A stretch of 64,000 bases of DNA from Candidatus Poribacteria bacterium (GCA_965218095.1 OZ244587.1:4000001-4064000), one strand, 5' to 3'. Positions 1-10,168 are shown, counted from the stretch's first letter. Numbers and translations: made by a program. The notes: generated by a model not told the origin, from the sequence alone.

Positions 1-109
1 TGATCTCATCAATCTGATCATTCGCATTCGACTCTGTTAGACGAGGAAAGAGAATATAACACCCGCCATTTTGACCAGGGGTAAATACCCAGGTCACGCC
101 ATTACTCAC
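1..109 (-). CDS. 5' part of a hypothetical protein running off the window edge
   Basis: GTG at 109 with GGAGG just upstream; open frame MSNGVTWVFTPGQNGGCYILFPRL... to base 1. Confidence 0.4.
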   Translation of the reverse strand, partial: MSNGVTWVFTPGQNGGCYILFPRLTESNANDQIDEI

Positions 110-274
110 ATGTATCTCTCCTCCTGCAGCTCGCGCTTTTAGTGTCATCCATATATGATGGTTCCATGCAGTAGCCGCTTCGAGTTGGTCATGCGACGAA
201 TCTTGGAGAAAAGTCAACTCGGACTTCTGCTTCTCTGTCATCTCAATATCCTCCTCAAACATAAGGCCACAACT

Positions 275-305
275 CCCCGTCGTCAACGGCAACGATTGGT
301 TAGGA
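275..305 (-). other. left half (R''-L'') of an attC-like site
   Basis: Minus strand TCCTAAC-CAATC-GTTGCCGT-TGACGACGGG resembles the left arm of the full attC at 6266-6433. Confidence 0.55.
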
Positions 306-419
306 GAGCAATGCGTTCCAAAAAGGCTAACGGGTTTCTCCTTCTGGTTTATCCGATAGCAACCAATCCGTTAGCCCCAAAATCATCTTTCCCGTAAGCC
401 TTCCGTTTCTTCTCTCGCT

Positions 420-446
420 TCCTAACGACACAAGTCAGGTTGTGCC
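420..446 (-). other. right half (L'-R') of an attC-like site
   Basis: Minus strand GGCACAACCTGACTTGTGTC-GTTAGGA resembles the right arm GGACAACTGAACTTGGTT-GTTAGGA of the attC at 6266. Confidence 0.4.
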
Positions 447-450
447 TGAC

Positions 451-1137
451 CTACCTGCTCGTCGGAGTCTCGCGTGCTGCTTCACGGATAAACTCATTAT
501 CGTCGTTCAACGCCACGTTGAGTGAAGAAACAACATCCTTAGCCTCCGGGCCGGTGTGCCCCAAGGACTTCGCCGCATGAGATCGAACGGCCCATTCCTC
601 ATCCTTCAACGCCTCAGTCAGTGCTTGCCATTCGCGCCCTGGGGCCAATACACCCCAGCGTCTCGCATGCCTGCCCACGAACCCGATAGTCAGCGTCAGC
701 GTCCGCCAACACCTCTATCAAAGCTGGAATAGCATCCTCTGCTGAAGAACCGAGTTTACCCACGGCGAAGACCGACGGCCACTTATCTTGAACTTCTGCA
801 TCAGTCAACAGGGGCCACCAGCGACGGTACCGCTTCGCGCCCAATAGCGGACAGCGCGCAGGTGGCGCTTAAGCGCACACCATAGTCCTGGTCCTGCAGT
901 CTGAAGCAGTGAAGGGATTGCTTTTGGCGCCGCGTCGGCGAAACTCCCCAGGCGATTAGCTGCGGGTTTCCGAACAAGGTTCTTCAGTGACTTGCTGCCG
1001 TGCTTAAAATCAAGCGCACTAACAAGTGCAGAAATGGGGCCTTCCGGTTGATTTTCGAAATCGTCAACGATGGCAGCCGCTGCCCATTTCGCAGTTTCGC
1101 GGTGTCTGCCGAGTCCGACGGTGTCGAACTCGTCCAA
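451..1137 (-). pseudogene. HEAT/PBS-lyase repeat protein, frameshifted into three pieces
   Basis: Three overlapping ORFs with HEAT motifs (AIPALIEVLADADADYRVRGQACETLG; LTEALKDEEWAVRSHAAKSLG). Confidence 0.75.
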
Positions 1138-1396
1138 TTATACGGAATTTTTCCGTATAATTCGAGTTGAATCTTGCCTATAAACCGGGTAAAATACTTG
1201 ATGATTGTAGTACAATAAAGCAAGTAAAGTCAAGGATAGAATTCAGTATTTCATTAGGAATTTTTGACCATGAATTTACCAAACCACCAATGCTATATCG
1301 ATGATTGGCAGTCAAGCATTGTGCCCTGTCTGACGTTCCCGGCGTTCAGCTGATATGGACGCATCTACGTGTTCTACAACCAGAACCTGGAGAATT

Positions 1397-2269
1397 CTAA
1401 TGGCGCTCCCACCGGCTGGGGTTGATGCCAGAAGCTTCGCGGGGCATATCGGGCGGTTTGTTGCCACCCTCGTAGATCCAGATACGGGCGCTGCGATCGC
1501 TCATCAACTCGCGCAGGGCCGGAGAGAGCCTAGCTACTTCGTTCGCATCCCACGCCTCGACATCGCCGGCTGGGCCTGCCCAGGTCGGCCGGTACGAGAG
1601 TTGCAATGCCTCCCGCGCGTACGTGCCCACGTTCGGGTAGTTGCCGTGGAAAACATAATTGTTGAACAGCACCGCAGAGCCGGCTTTGCACGTTACCATC
1701 ACTTCCTCTGGGTGTTCCTCGTAGCGCAGGTACGGGTTAGCCTCGTTGTGGAAACTCAAATGCGACCGCGGCACCACGCGGAAAGGCGAAACTTCGGGTA
1801 TCAGGTCATCCAGGTAGTAAAGGACACGGATCAGTTTCGGACAGGTGTATTCCGCGCCGAAGATCCTGGACCCCCAGGGCTGGCCGTCGCAGTGCAGACT
1901 GATGCCCGGGTGCCCCGGCTCAGAGCGAGAGTAGTCGCAGGACATCAAAACCACCTGGTCGCCGCACAAGTTCTTGAGGAACTCGATCATCGGCGGGTAC
2001 ACAATCAGTTCGGTAATGGCCCCGCCGGTGAATTGGATGCTTTTCCGACCCCGCTGGTGCACGCTGTAGTCTACGTGGGTGGTTTCGAATTGCGCCGTCT
2101 GTTGTTTGAGGCGCGCAATGTGGTCGGCATCGAGTAAATCGGGTAGAACGAGGTAGCCTTCGACCTCGAGTTGCTGAATGCGCTGCCCGAGCGTGAGTTG
2201 GTTCCAGTCGCGGTCGTCTATGCGCGGGATGCCAACCGCCAGTCGGGACAAAGCAGGTGTATCTGACAT
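1397..2269 (-). CDS. phytanoyl-CoA dioxygenase (PhyH) family Fe(II)/2-oxoglutarate dioxygenase
   Basis: EGYLVLPDLL, HxD (LHCD), VVPRSH, distal FHG; GAGGAG RBS before MSDTP. Confidence 0.85.
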   Translation of the reverse strand: MSDTPALSRLAVGIPRIDDRDWNQLTLGQRIQQLEVEGYLVLPDLLDADHIARLKQQTAQFETTHVDYSVHQRGRKSIQFTGGAITELIVYPPMIEFLKNLCGDQVVLMSCDYSRSEPGHPGISLHCDGQPWGSRIFGAEYTCPKLIRVLYYLDDLIPEVSPFRVVPRSHLSFHNEANPYLRYEEHPEEVMVTCKAGSAVLFNNYVFHGNYPNVGTYAREALQLSYRPTWAGPAGDVEAWDANEVARLSPALRELMSDRSARIWIYEGGNKPPDMPREASGINPSRWERH

Positions 2270-2708
2270 GGCTCGATCTCCTCTTAAAGCATGTATCTTA
2301 TCGAAACGAATGAGCTGCATTTAACAATTAGGTGGAAATTGTCCGTTCAACTGCTTCACAGTGAATTGAAAGGCGGCCTGACAGTAGAGCTCAACGGATC
2401 GCGGTGCTCGTGGAGCGATAACATTTATCCCCACATTTACAGGATGATTTGCCGCGGCTGTCGATCTGCTGTCGAGATTCCGCTGCATGGCGTCGGTAGG
2501 TTGTTCAACGATAAAGCCGCTAACTCATGCCAAAAGAAAGTGCAAAAGTGTTAGAGAAGCCATGAAATCATTGGTGTGAATTTTGCCTTTGCACGAAGTC
2601 TTAACATGAGCCAAGCCGCTAACGTACCAGGACAGCATGACTAGTATGCCAACGGGGCTATCTCCATAATTAGTACACCTGAGACCTTGGACATCTACAG
2701 TGGCCAGT

Positions 2709-3641
2709 TCAAAATTGTGGAGCTTCATGACTGGAAGCTGGAATATCTGGGTCGCCTGATTCGGCCGATGTCAACCGTACTGCTCCTGCAAACTCCGGAA
2801 GTCGCGATAGAACAACTTGGCAGCCCGTCTTAAGGTCCTTCTGAAGCGATGTGTCAAAATAGTCAAAGGCTTCAAATTCCACGCTGAGACAGCCCTCGTA
2901 GCCAATACGCTTCATCGCGTCGAAAAAGCCGGGCCAGTCCACGCGGCCCTCGCCGAGGAAGGGGAAGCTGTCGCCAAGAATCTTGCCAACGATACCGGCA
3001 ACGTCCTTCACATGGCAGTGAAAGATCCGATCTGCCAATTGATGGATGGTCCAGGCTACTGTGTTGTCGTGCAGGGCCATGTGGGAGGGGGCGTAGTTCA
3101 CGCCGAAGCAATCCGAGTCGTAGCGCCTCATGAGCTCAGCAAGGGTGTAATACTCGCGGCAGACCATACCGTAGACTGCCTCAACAGCGATCTTGACACC
3201 GACCCGCTCGGCGATGGGAATAATACGGTCACATGCATTGCAGACCATTGACCAGGCCTCACCCTCGCTAATCTCTTGATGCAGTGTAGGTGAGCCGATT
3301 CCCATGAACGGCACCGGGCCGGTGAAGCAGTTGCCGACGCCAATCCCGAGATCGCCGGCGGCGCGGATGCAATCCGCAGTGAGCCTTATCTCGTTGTCAC
3401 GCACGATGTCGTTGAAATGGACGAATTCCCGCTGTACGACCCATTCCGAGATGGTCAGGCCGTTGGCCTCGGTCATGCGCACGAGTGCTTGCATCTGTGC
3501 TCGGGTCATGGTCTGCGGATTGAGGTGACGGATGGAGTATTCGATGCACTGGTAGCCGACCTCCGCTAACATGCCCACGACTTGCTCATCGGTCATGGGG
3601 CCCTGATCCAGATTCAGAAAGAAGCCTATCTTGTTGTTCAC
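2709..3641 (-). CDS. sugar phosphate isomerase/epimerase (xylose-isomerase-like TIM barrel), possibly decaying
   Basis: AVEAV, HCHVKD, GEGRVDW, GYEGCLSVEFE motifs. The usual DPSH motif reads APSH. An alternative frame gives a more typical C-terminus (RRAAKLFYRDFRSLQEQYG*), suggesting a late frameshift; start approximate. Confidence 0.75.
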   Translation of the reverse strand: MNNKIGFFLNLDQGPMTDEQVVGMLAEVGYQCIEYSIRHLNPQTMTRAQMQALVRMTEANGLTISEWVVQREFVHFNDIVRDNEIRLTADCIRAAGDLGIGVGNCFTGPVPFMGIGSPTLHQEISEGEAWSMVCNACDRIIPIAERVGVKIAVEAVYGMVCREYYTLAELMRRYDSDCFGVNYAPSHMALHDNTVAWTIHQLADRIFHCHVKDVAGIVGKILGDSFPFLGEGRVDWPGFFDAMKRIGYEGCLSVEFEAFDYFDTSLQKDLKTGCQVVLSRLPEFAGAVRLTSAESGDPDIPASSHEAPQF

Positions 3642-3723
3642 GACGAACCTCCCAGCCTGGACTTTCCACTTAATCTTGAAACTCACCAACCGGTTATCGA
3701 CGACAACCCGGCTGATACGGCAT

Positions 3724-4839
3724 TTAGCCAATCTGAGTCAACACCGCTTTACATCGCTCGGCAACAATCCGTTCCTGCCCAGGCTGCAGCATGTGGGGAT
3801 TGATCGCAATGCTGTCAGGGGTCAAGTGTTGACCAACCACAATACGTGGTTCGCTTTCTTGCAACGCATCTGCTATCATCTCCCGGGTGAAGCCAGCATC
3901 TGCTGTCGGGCGGATATAGAGCAGCGGCACCGTATACGTCTCCGCCTTGGTGAAACGCCCCACAGCTATATGCGGAATACCCTGCAACACTGCTTCGATA
4001 TAGTCCAGTTGAGCCGTCCAACGGGTGCTATCGGCCTCGTGGTCTCTCGCCAGATACAGTTCCAGCGCCTTCAGAAATCCGATGATTTCCTCCCGGCTCA
4101 CTTTCATCGGGCGACCGACCGTGGCGAATGGAACGCCGTTGGCGGCGCACGCTGCAACGAGGTCTTTGCGACCGATGATCAGCCCGGTGGATTGCGGTCC
4201 CATGATGCTCTTGCCACCACTGAAGATAACCAGATCCACACCCGCCCGCCAGAAACGCGTGAGGGTGGAGACCGGCGGACACTCCGAGGCGGCATCCATG
4301 ACCACCGGCACTGATGCCGCCCCGGCCATTGTCACGACATGATCCAATGGCACGGAGGCTGGATGGTCCATAACGTTGGCCATGTAGAAGATGGCCGCTG
4401 TGTTCTCATTGATGGCATGCCGCATCGCCTCAGTTGGCGGCGTCCCCTGATCATCAATCTCAATCAGAGTTGCCCCAGCCAGACGAATCGCCTGATCATA
4501 CGCAATTCGGTGCAGTTTCTGGATGATTACCTCATGCTTCATACCGGTCGTATCCGGCAATTGTCTAATCTTATCCGGATCGCTGCCAGCCATACAGGCG
4601 GCAGTAGTCAGCACCAAACCGCAGGCCGCGCTCGACGTCACATAGGCTGCCTCTACCTCAAGCATGGCGGCGATCTTTTGGCCGACCTTCTCGTGCAACT
4701 CATCGAGAAAACAGAACTGTTGGGATGCATGGCGCATACTGTCCAATACTTCGGGCGCCATCAGGGAACCGCCGTATCGGGTGACGGTTCCCGCTGCATT
4801 GATTAGCGTGCGAACGCCTAATTCCTCATAAATGCTCAT
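3724..4839 (-). CDS. SelA-like/DgaE-family PLP-dependent enzyme
   Basis: INAAGTVTRYGGS, DAASE, FSGGK (PLP lysine), GRPMKVSREEI. Confidence 0.85.
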   Translation of the reverse strand: MSIYEELGVRTLINAAGTVTRYGGSLMAPEVLDSMRHASQQFCFLDELHEKVGQKIAAMLEVEAAYVTSSAACGLVLTTAACMAGSDPDKIRQLPDTTGMKHEVIIQKLHRIAYDQAIRLAGATLIEIDDQGTPPTEAMRHAINENTAAIFYMANVMDHPASVPLDHVVTMAGAASVPVVMDAASECPPVSTLTRFWRAGVDLVIFSGGKSIMGPQSTGLIIGRKDLVAACAANGVPFATVGRPMKVSREEIIGFLKALELYLARDHEADSTRWTAQLDYIEAVLQGIPHIAVGRFTKAETYTVPLLYIRPTADAGFTREMIADALQESEPRIVVGQHLTPDSIAINPHMLQPGQERIVAERCKAVLTQIG

Positions 4840-5006
4840 AGCGGGGTCTTCCTCAGCTTATTGAATTTTAACTTCAATCAATTGGCTCATGTTAAGAAAA
4901 CGTGCAACGAGTGTTAGACCAGATTGTTGAGTTCATGGAACTCCAGACCAGGACACCGGAAGTAATAGTTGAGAGAGAAGATCCGACGGCGCCAGTGCAG
5001 CACTGA

Positions 5007-5798
5007 TTAAGCTAACACCCTCAGACACTTATCGTCGATCGGCTCCAGGGGCGTAAAGTCGCGATTGTTTTGATACCAGGGACGCTCAGTGCCAGTACAG
5101 GCGTTGCTGACAGCGTTGTAAATCAAGTACATGATTGCCCGCTGCCACGGGGAGACATTATTGGCCGAACCGTGCACCACGTTGCAGTGGACGAAAGCGA
5201 CAGATCCCGCAGGCCCGATTAACGCTTCGATCCCGCTCTCTTCGGCGAGCCGTTCCAGGGTGGCGTCATCGATATGATGCAGCGCATACCCTCTCCCTTT
5301 CGCGTCCTTGTGAAGCTTAGAGTCGAGAAGACCATGGCGATGCGAGCTCGGCACGACCAGGAGAGGCGACGTGACCGCTGTGCAGTCGTTGATGAACACG
5401 GACGCCATAATGCATCTCGGCTCAGGCATACCGTCGATCGTATGCCAGGGCGGGTAATCCTGATGCCAGTCCCATGACGTGCCCCCGCCGAAACCCTGTT
5501 TGGGATTGATACGGCTCTGATGGAGATACACATCATCCCTCAACAGTTGGCAGACCGGGTTCAACAAACGTGGAAGCAGCGCGAGACACCGGAACGGTTC
5601 GGAATACACATGCGCCCCAAAGACTAGCCTGGCCGCTGTCGGATCTTCTTTCTCACGGACCACTTCCGGCCCCTGGCAAGTCAGGGTTTCCGGCATCGCC
5701 CTCTGCAAGATTGCCACCTCATCGTTGTCCAATAGACATGGAAAAAACAGGCAGCCCTGTTCATCAAACTCTGCAATCTGGGTGTCGTTGAGTTGCAT
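5007..5798 (-). CDS. PhyH-family dioxygenase, ectoine-hydroxylase-like
   Basis: YLHQSRINPK, WHQDY, HGSANNVSPW..R motifs typical of EctD-like enzymes. Confidence 0.8.
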   Translation of the reverse strand: MQLNDTQIAEFDEQGCLFFPCLLDNDEVAILQRAMPETLTCQGPEVVREKEDPTAARLVFGAHVYSEPFRCLALLPRLLNPVCQLLRDDVYLHQSRINPKQGFGGGTSWDWHQDYPPWHTIDGMPEPRCIMASVFINDCTAVTSPLLVVPSSHRHGLLDSKLHKDAKGRGYALHHIDDATLERLAEESGIEALIGPAGSVAFVHCNVVHGSANNVSPWQRAIMYLIYNAVSNACTGTERPWYQNNRDFTPLEPIDDKCLRVLA

Positions 5799-5840
5799 GA
5801 TATTTGTGTTCTCCTTCGTTGAGTAAGGTGTATTCACGGT

Positions 5841-6185
5841 CTAGGACACCGGCAGTACGATTGGATCTTGACGCTGAATCGATTTCAGTACAGCCAGGAC
5901 AACGGCGATCGACCGAATACCATCTTGGCCGTCCACGATCGGCTTTTCCTCGCCCCTGACCACACGGCAAAAATGTTCAAGTTGAGACTTAAGCGGATCA
6001 ACCTGAGTCACTTTACTGCGTGATTCCTCCATCGGATGTTGCCAGCCCAATTAATCCTCATCAGCATAGCGCCACAACTCCATTCGCGGAAAGGCTAAGG
6101 AACCCAAGGTGCCGAGAAAGTGATAGCAGTTCTCATCCGTGTGAAAATAATACGGGTTCTCATGGGTGGTCGCCTCGTATGACCA
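5841..6185 (-). pseudogene. C-terminal remnant of a Gfo/Idh/MocA oxidoreductase
   Basis: YEATTHENPYYFHTDENCYHFLGTLGSLAFP...DED*LGWQHP...QLEHFCRVVRGEEKP; internal TAA, N-terminus missing. Confidence 0.7.
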
Positions 6186-6265
6186 GGTCTATCGTTATAT
6201 TTTTCCGTTCTCCGGGTTTCATAATTTACGGACTCCTCGGTAATCGAGTATTTCACCGTTTTTCC

Positions 6266-6433
6266 TCCTAACAACCAAGTTCAGTTGTCCGATTCTCGGA
6301 CGAGCACAGCCTGCCCCGATCCATCTGGGAAGGGGGTTTACCGAAAAACGTCCGACAAGTCAAAACCCACCACAACCCCAAAAACATTCATAAAACCGAA
6401 GATCCCGCCGTCAACTGCAACGCTTTGTTAGGG
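6266..6433 (-). other. integron attC recombination site
   Basis: Minus strand CCCTAAC-AAAGC-GTTGCAGT ... ACTGAAC-TTGGTT-GTTAGGA: complementary R boxes, L'' one base longer than L', 5/6-nt spacers; lies about 30 bp after a gene stop. Confidence 0.75.
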
Positions 6434-6593
6434 AATAGTAGGTCTGGCGTAGAAGCATGTTACTGTCAAGCAACAGATGCAAAGTGATTTGGTTCTACAT
6501 AAGTGATAGGCATACCCTTCGTCGGGGATTCCTGAAAATGAGAAAGTTTCAAAAATTGATTCACGGGAATCGTTGTTAGCGCACGAAACACTA

Positions 6594-7429
6594 GGTTCTG
6601 TTGACATTTGAGTATAAGGTTGTGGCATAATAGAAGAATGACGCCAATAACCTTACCTGATGAACAATGGAATAAGATATACCGGTTTCTTCTAAGCTGT
6701 CCCACCATCTATGTTGGCGACGAAGCTGCTACACGCCGCTTCGTCGAAGCCGTTCTGTGGGTGACTCGTAGCAGCGCTCAATGGAGACTTCTACCAGACA
6801 CCTATGGCAAATGGAACACCCGCTACAAGCGGTTTGCTCGATGGTGCGACAAAGGTATCTTCACACAGATGCACCCCCACTTCGCCTCTGACCCCGATAT
6901 CGAGTCGCTTATTGTGGACAGTACCATCTGCCGCGCTCACCCGTCTGCGGCGGGCGCCTTAAAAAGCTGGCGCCTTAAAAAAAAGGGTGGCACTGAAAAC
7001 CAAGCATTAGGTCGGTCTCGGGGCGGTTTCAGTACAAAAAATCACATCACAGTTGACGGACTAGGCAATCCCCTAAGAATTCATCTGACCCCCGGTCAGA
7101 GACATGACATAACTGAGGCGGAAGGGTTGATAATCGGATATAACAGTGAATATGTGATTGGAGACAAGGGGTACGATTCGGACGCTTTTATCGCGGTTAT
7201 TGAGGCGAATGGAGCGATTGCGGTGATACCGCCAAAAAGTCATCGTGTTGACCAAAGAACGTATGACAAACGCTTATACAAAGAGAGACATCGGGTTGAA
7301 TGTTTCATCAACAAGATAAAATGGTATCGTCGTATCTTCTCTCGGTTTGAGAAGCTAGCTGTCCGTTATTTTGGATTTCTCAGCTTTGTCGCCACTCTTA
7401 TATGGCTCCCTTGAAATGTCAACAGAACC
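6594..7429 (+). mobile_element. IS5-family insertion sequence (IS427-like), copy 1
   Basis: 16-bp perfect terminal inverted repeats GGTTCTGTTGACATTT / AAATGTCAACAGAACC around a transposase. Confidence 0.92.
6638..7414 (+). CDS. IS5-family transposase, single open frame
   Basis: QWRLLPDTYGKW, IVDST, GRSRGGFSTK, GDKGYDS, ERHRVECFINKIK. Confidence 0.9.
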   Translation: MTPITLPDEQWNKIYRFLLSCPTIYVGDEAATRRFVEAVLWVTRSSAQWRLLPDTYGKWNTRYKRFARWCDKGIFTQMHPHFASDPDIESLIVDSTICRAHPSAAGALKSWRLKKKGGTENQALGRSRGGFSTKNHITVDGLGNPLRIHLTPGQRHDITEAEGLIIGYNSEYVIGDKGYDSDAFIAVIEANGAIAVIPPKSHRVDQRTYDKRLYKERHRVECFINKIKWYRRIFSRFEKLAVRYFGFLSFVATLIWLP

Positions 7430-7726
7430 TTAATTCTCGCAAATTCTCTGGCAATTGTTCAAGTTTATCAAGCGGATAACTTCGTGGACCATACTCTGTT
7501 TGTTCGGTAAGAATTGAGAAATGGAGAAGTGTCAAGCTGACAACCCACCCCGTCTTCGGATTCAGCCGTAACAGAATGTAATCGGTCAATTCAACACCTG
7601 TTGCTAGCTCATTGTCACCAAAGAAAATCTCCAGCATATCGCCACTCTCATCATATACCAAGCATATTGTCTCCCCATTTGCAGCTTTGACTTCCGTTCT
7701 TTGGAGTTTCAAGTTGCTCATACTAT

Positions 7727-8048
7727 TCACCCTTTTGGCAGAATATAGTTTGCCCAACCTGTGCCACAAAATCGTTAGGCATGCAATTTCCCGCCCCATC
7801 GAATTGTGTTTTGAAAATCACAACGGCAATGAGGTGATTGTTCTCTGGAAGTAATTCTCAAACCGCTTGAAATAGCGATACTCGTTGGGTATCATCGCAT
7901 CTTGCTTGTGTCGTCTTGTCCGTATCGTCTCCAGAAACTGATCGAAAAACGGCTCTAATTCGGGACGCGATTCCAAGATATAATTCCAACGCTCTTCCGT
8001 CAAATAAATCGTGTTGCCGTATCGGTCTTGAACTGTCGATCTCTTCAT
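7727..8048 (-). pseudogene. putative toxin partner of the DUF2283 gene, two frameshifts
   Basis: DRYGNTIYLTEERWNYILESRPE...; continues in other frames as LLPENNHLIAVVIFK and TGWANYILPKG*; sits directly upstream of the DUF2283 gene. Confidence 0.6.
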
Positions 8049-8055
8049 CGATCAG

Positions 8056-8062
8056 ACCTAAC
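8056..8062 (-). other. GTTRRRY core site at the cassette start
   Basis: GTTAGGT 7 nt before the toxin ATG, matching the CCCTAAC inverse core at 6427-6433. Confidence 0.55.
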
Positions 8063-8205
8063 TCGTTTGCACGCTCATGCAGGAAGTACAGCAACACACA
8101 GTGATAGAATACCCGTCGCATGCGTTGGATTTGCTCTGGTGTCCGTTACTTTTCTCAAGTGCTGATTATGCGAAAGGTCAGTCCAAAGTCATTGATTTGC
8201 TGATT

Positions 8206-8403
8206 TTAACGGTTCCGTAAGTACTTACGGCCAAAGAAGGCACTGATAACGACAAGCACCAGGGAGATCGAGACCTTCACCCACCACAACCCCGTGGTGT
8301 AAAAGATGGAAACCAGCAATAAGACCGCTACGAGTAGTAAAAGCACAGCCGTGTACAATCTCTCAAACTGCTTTGTTCTTTTGGATTCTTCTGAATTTTC
8401 CAT
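8206..8403 (-). CDS. small two-TM membrane protein
   Basis: MENSEESK followed by two hydrophobic segments and a basic tail. Confidence 0.55.
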   Translation of the reverse strand: MENSEESKRTKQFERLYTAVLLLLVAVLLLVSIFYTTGLWWVKVSISLVLVVISAFFGRKYLRNR

Positions 8404-8414
8404 TTTGCATCCCC

Positions 8415-10122
8415 TTACCAGAGAAGAATAAAGAGCAGATAGCAGGCAGCGGCAAGATAAATAATCGCCTACACCCCCGGACGTTTGAACCAACGCGGGC
8501 CCCGCGCCGTCGGTTCAAACGGATATTCCGGCCGGATCGGCGCTTCCCGTAGTGTTTTTTGCAGCCAGGTCCCTTCCAGCGCTTTCAAGCGGTTGCTCAT
8601 CAGCTCTCGGAGGTCTGCGGCAACCTCATGTCGAGCGTATACCAGACCTTTTATTTCTTCTTCCCTGACGGAGCCCCACAACACATCAATAACCTTTGAC
8701 GCAATTAGCATACTTCCCGCTGGCAGAATCACGTTCCACAAATAAGCCCACCAGGTGTGCGTGTACCAGACCGGCAACGCCCAGCCTCTCGCGTCTGCCA
8801 GGATCGCCGAGATCCCGTAAGCGAGTCCCACGAGGAGTCCGATGATGCCAGTGGCACGATGCACCCGTGTGAAAACCCCCATGAGAATAACGGTCATGAG
8901 GGGAACGGCAATCGCCCCAGCCAAACGCAGATAGAACGCCACCATGCCTTCTTTGCTGAGAAACGGCACATACACAAACCCAAGCGCAATGATGAAGGGA
9001 ACCGTTATCCGGCCCACTCGGGTATAGTGAGCATCAGAACCATTCTTCACAATGAAACGGGCGTAAATATCGCGGACGAAAAGGCTTGAGATGCCGATGC
9101 CAATCGAATCGAAAGTGGAATACCCTCCAGCCACCAACCCCGCCAACACTAGCCCGATCAGCCCTGGTGGCAAATACTTCTTGACCATCAGGGGATATGC
9201 CTGGTCGCCAATCTCCAGCGCGGGAAAATCTGCTCGCGCCAACGGCCCCATGCTCACGTTGAACCAGAGGCAGATCGCCGTCGCGACGCTGGCGACCAGC
9301 GTCGCCATCTTGAAATCCCATTCGGAACGCGCTCCCAAAAAGCGAATGGCTTCGTACTGATTGATGAGCACATACGTTGTCAATACCACGATCCACCCGA
9401 AGACGACGAGAACGGGAGATACCCCGGGCTCCGTATATCCGCCCACATGCAGCAACGTCCTAGGCAAGTCGGTATCGATAGCGGCAAGTTTCTGATTTAG
9501 GCCGCCCCAGCCGCCGACATTCACCCACACCACGCCCCACAGCACGAAGGAAGCAACAATCATGGCGATGCTTTGGAGCGCGTCTGTAAAAACTCCTGCC
9601 GCCAAGCCGCCCCGGACGATGTACAGCACCGCCGTAAACGCCATCGCAACCACGATGGGCCAACTCCAGTTGCTGTCGACTTCCGCCACGATATTGAGTA
9701 CCAGGAACGTGGAAAAGAAGATATTGCCCAACACATTGGTCCGAGATTGAATATTAATCAAGACAGCTAAGAACCGAGCCCCTGGACCGAACCGAAATTC
9801 AAGCCACTCCGCGTTGGTGAATACCCCAGACCGATACATCGGGACAATGACGAAAAATTAGGATAAACCAGCCAACAGCGATTCCTAACCACCACTCGGT
9901 CAGTAGCGATAGTCCGAATTTATAGGCGCCTCCAGCGATGGCAACGTAATCGCCGGTGTCGATTGCAGTCGAAAAGGCGGATAGCCCAACAACCCACCAA
10001 GGTATAGATTTGGCGGCCAGATACCAGTCAAAACTCTCCCGCCGTCCCCTGAAAACAATGATTCCATACAGGACAATACCGCCGTTGATTGCTAGGACGA
10101 GCAGCCAGTCGATTAAGGTCAT
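8415..10122 (-). pseudogene. sodium:solute symporter (SSS) family, frameshift near 9860 and TAG at 8469-8471
   Basis: N-terminal ORF (LAAKSIPWWVVGLSAFST) and main ORF (EWLEFRFG, FTDALQS) in different frames; last TM helix AIIYLAAACYLLFILLW* continues past the stop. Confidence 0.85.
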
Positions 10123-10168
10123 AGAAGAACCTCCCTACGCTGCACTAAAGTGGTTAAGGAACTGAGCG

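Larger units (their letters stand above)
6466..7721 (-). pseudogene. DUF2283-like putative antitoxin interrupted by IS5-family element
   Basis: MSNLKL...LVYDESGDMLEIFF...ENLREL, then IS, then VFRALTTIPVNQFLKLSHF...ASVA*; the two halves join in frame when the IS and duplicated bases are removed. Confidence 0.75.

Noticed and set aside
1355-2137. Long plus-strand ORFs opposite real genes (also 3631-4314, 58403-60400 minus, 62348-62992 minus)
   Set aside because: Antisense shadows of well-supported genes with no recognisable motifs; the 665-aa one mirrors the WD40 repeats
2515-2565. GCTAAC...GTTAGAG followed by ATG as another attC
   Set aside because: Too short, no complementary L boxes, and the following frame stops after five codons
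3724-4839. True selenocysteine synthase SelA
   Set aside because: Shorter DgaE-like form with no selB or selC nearby
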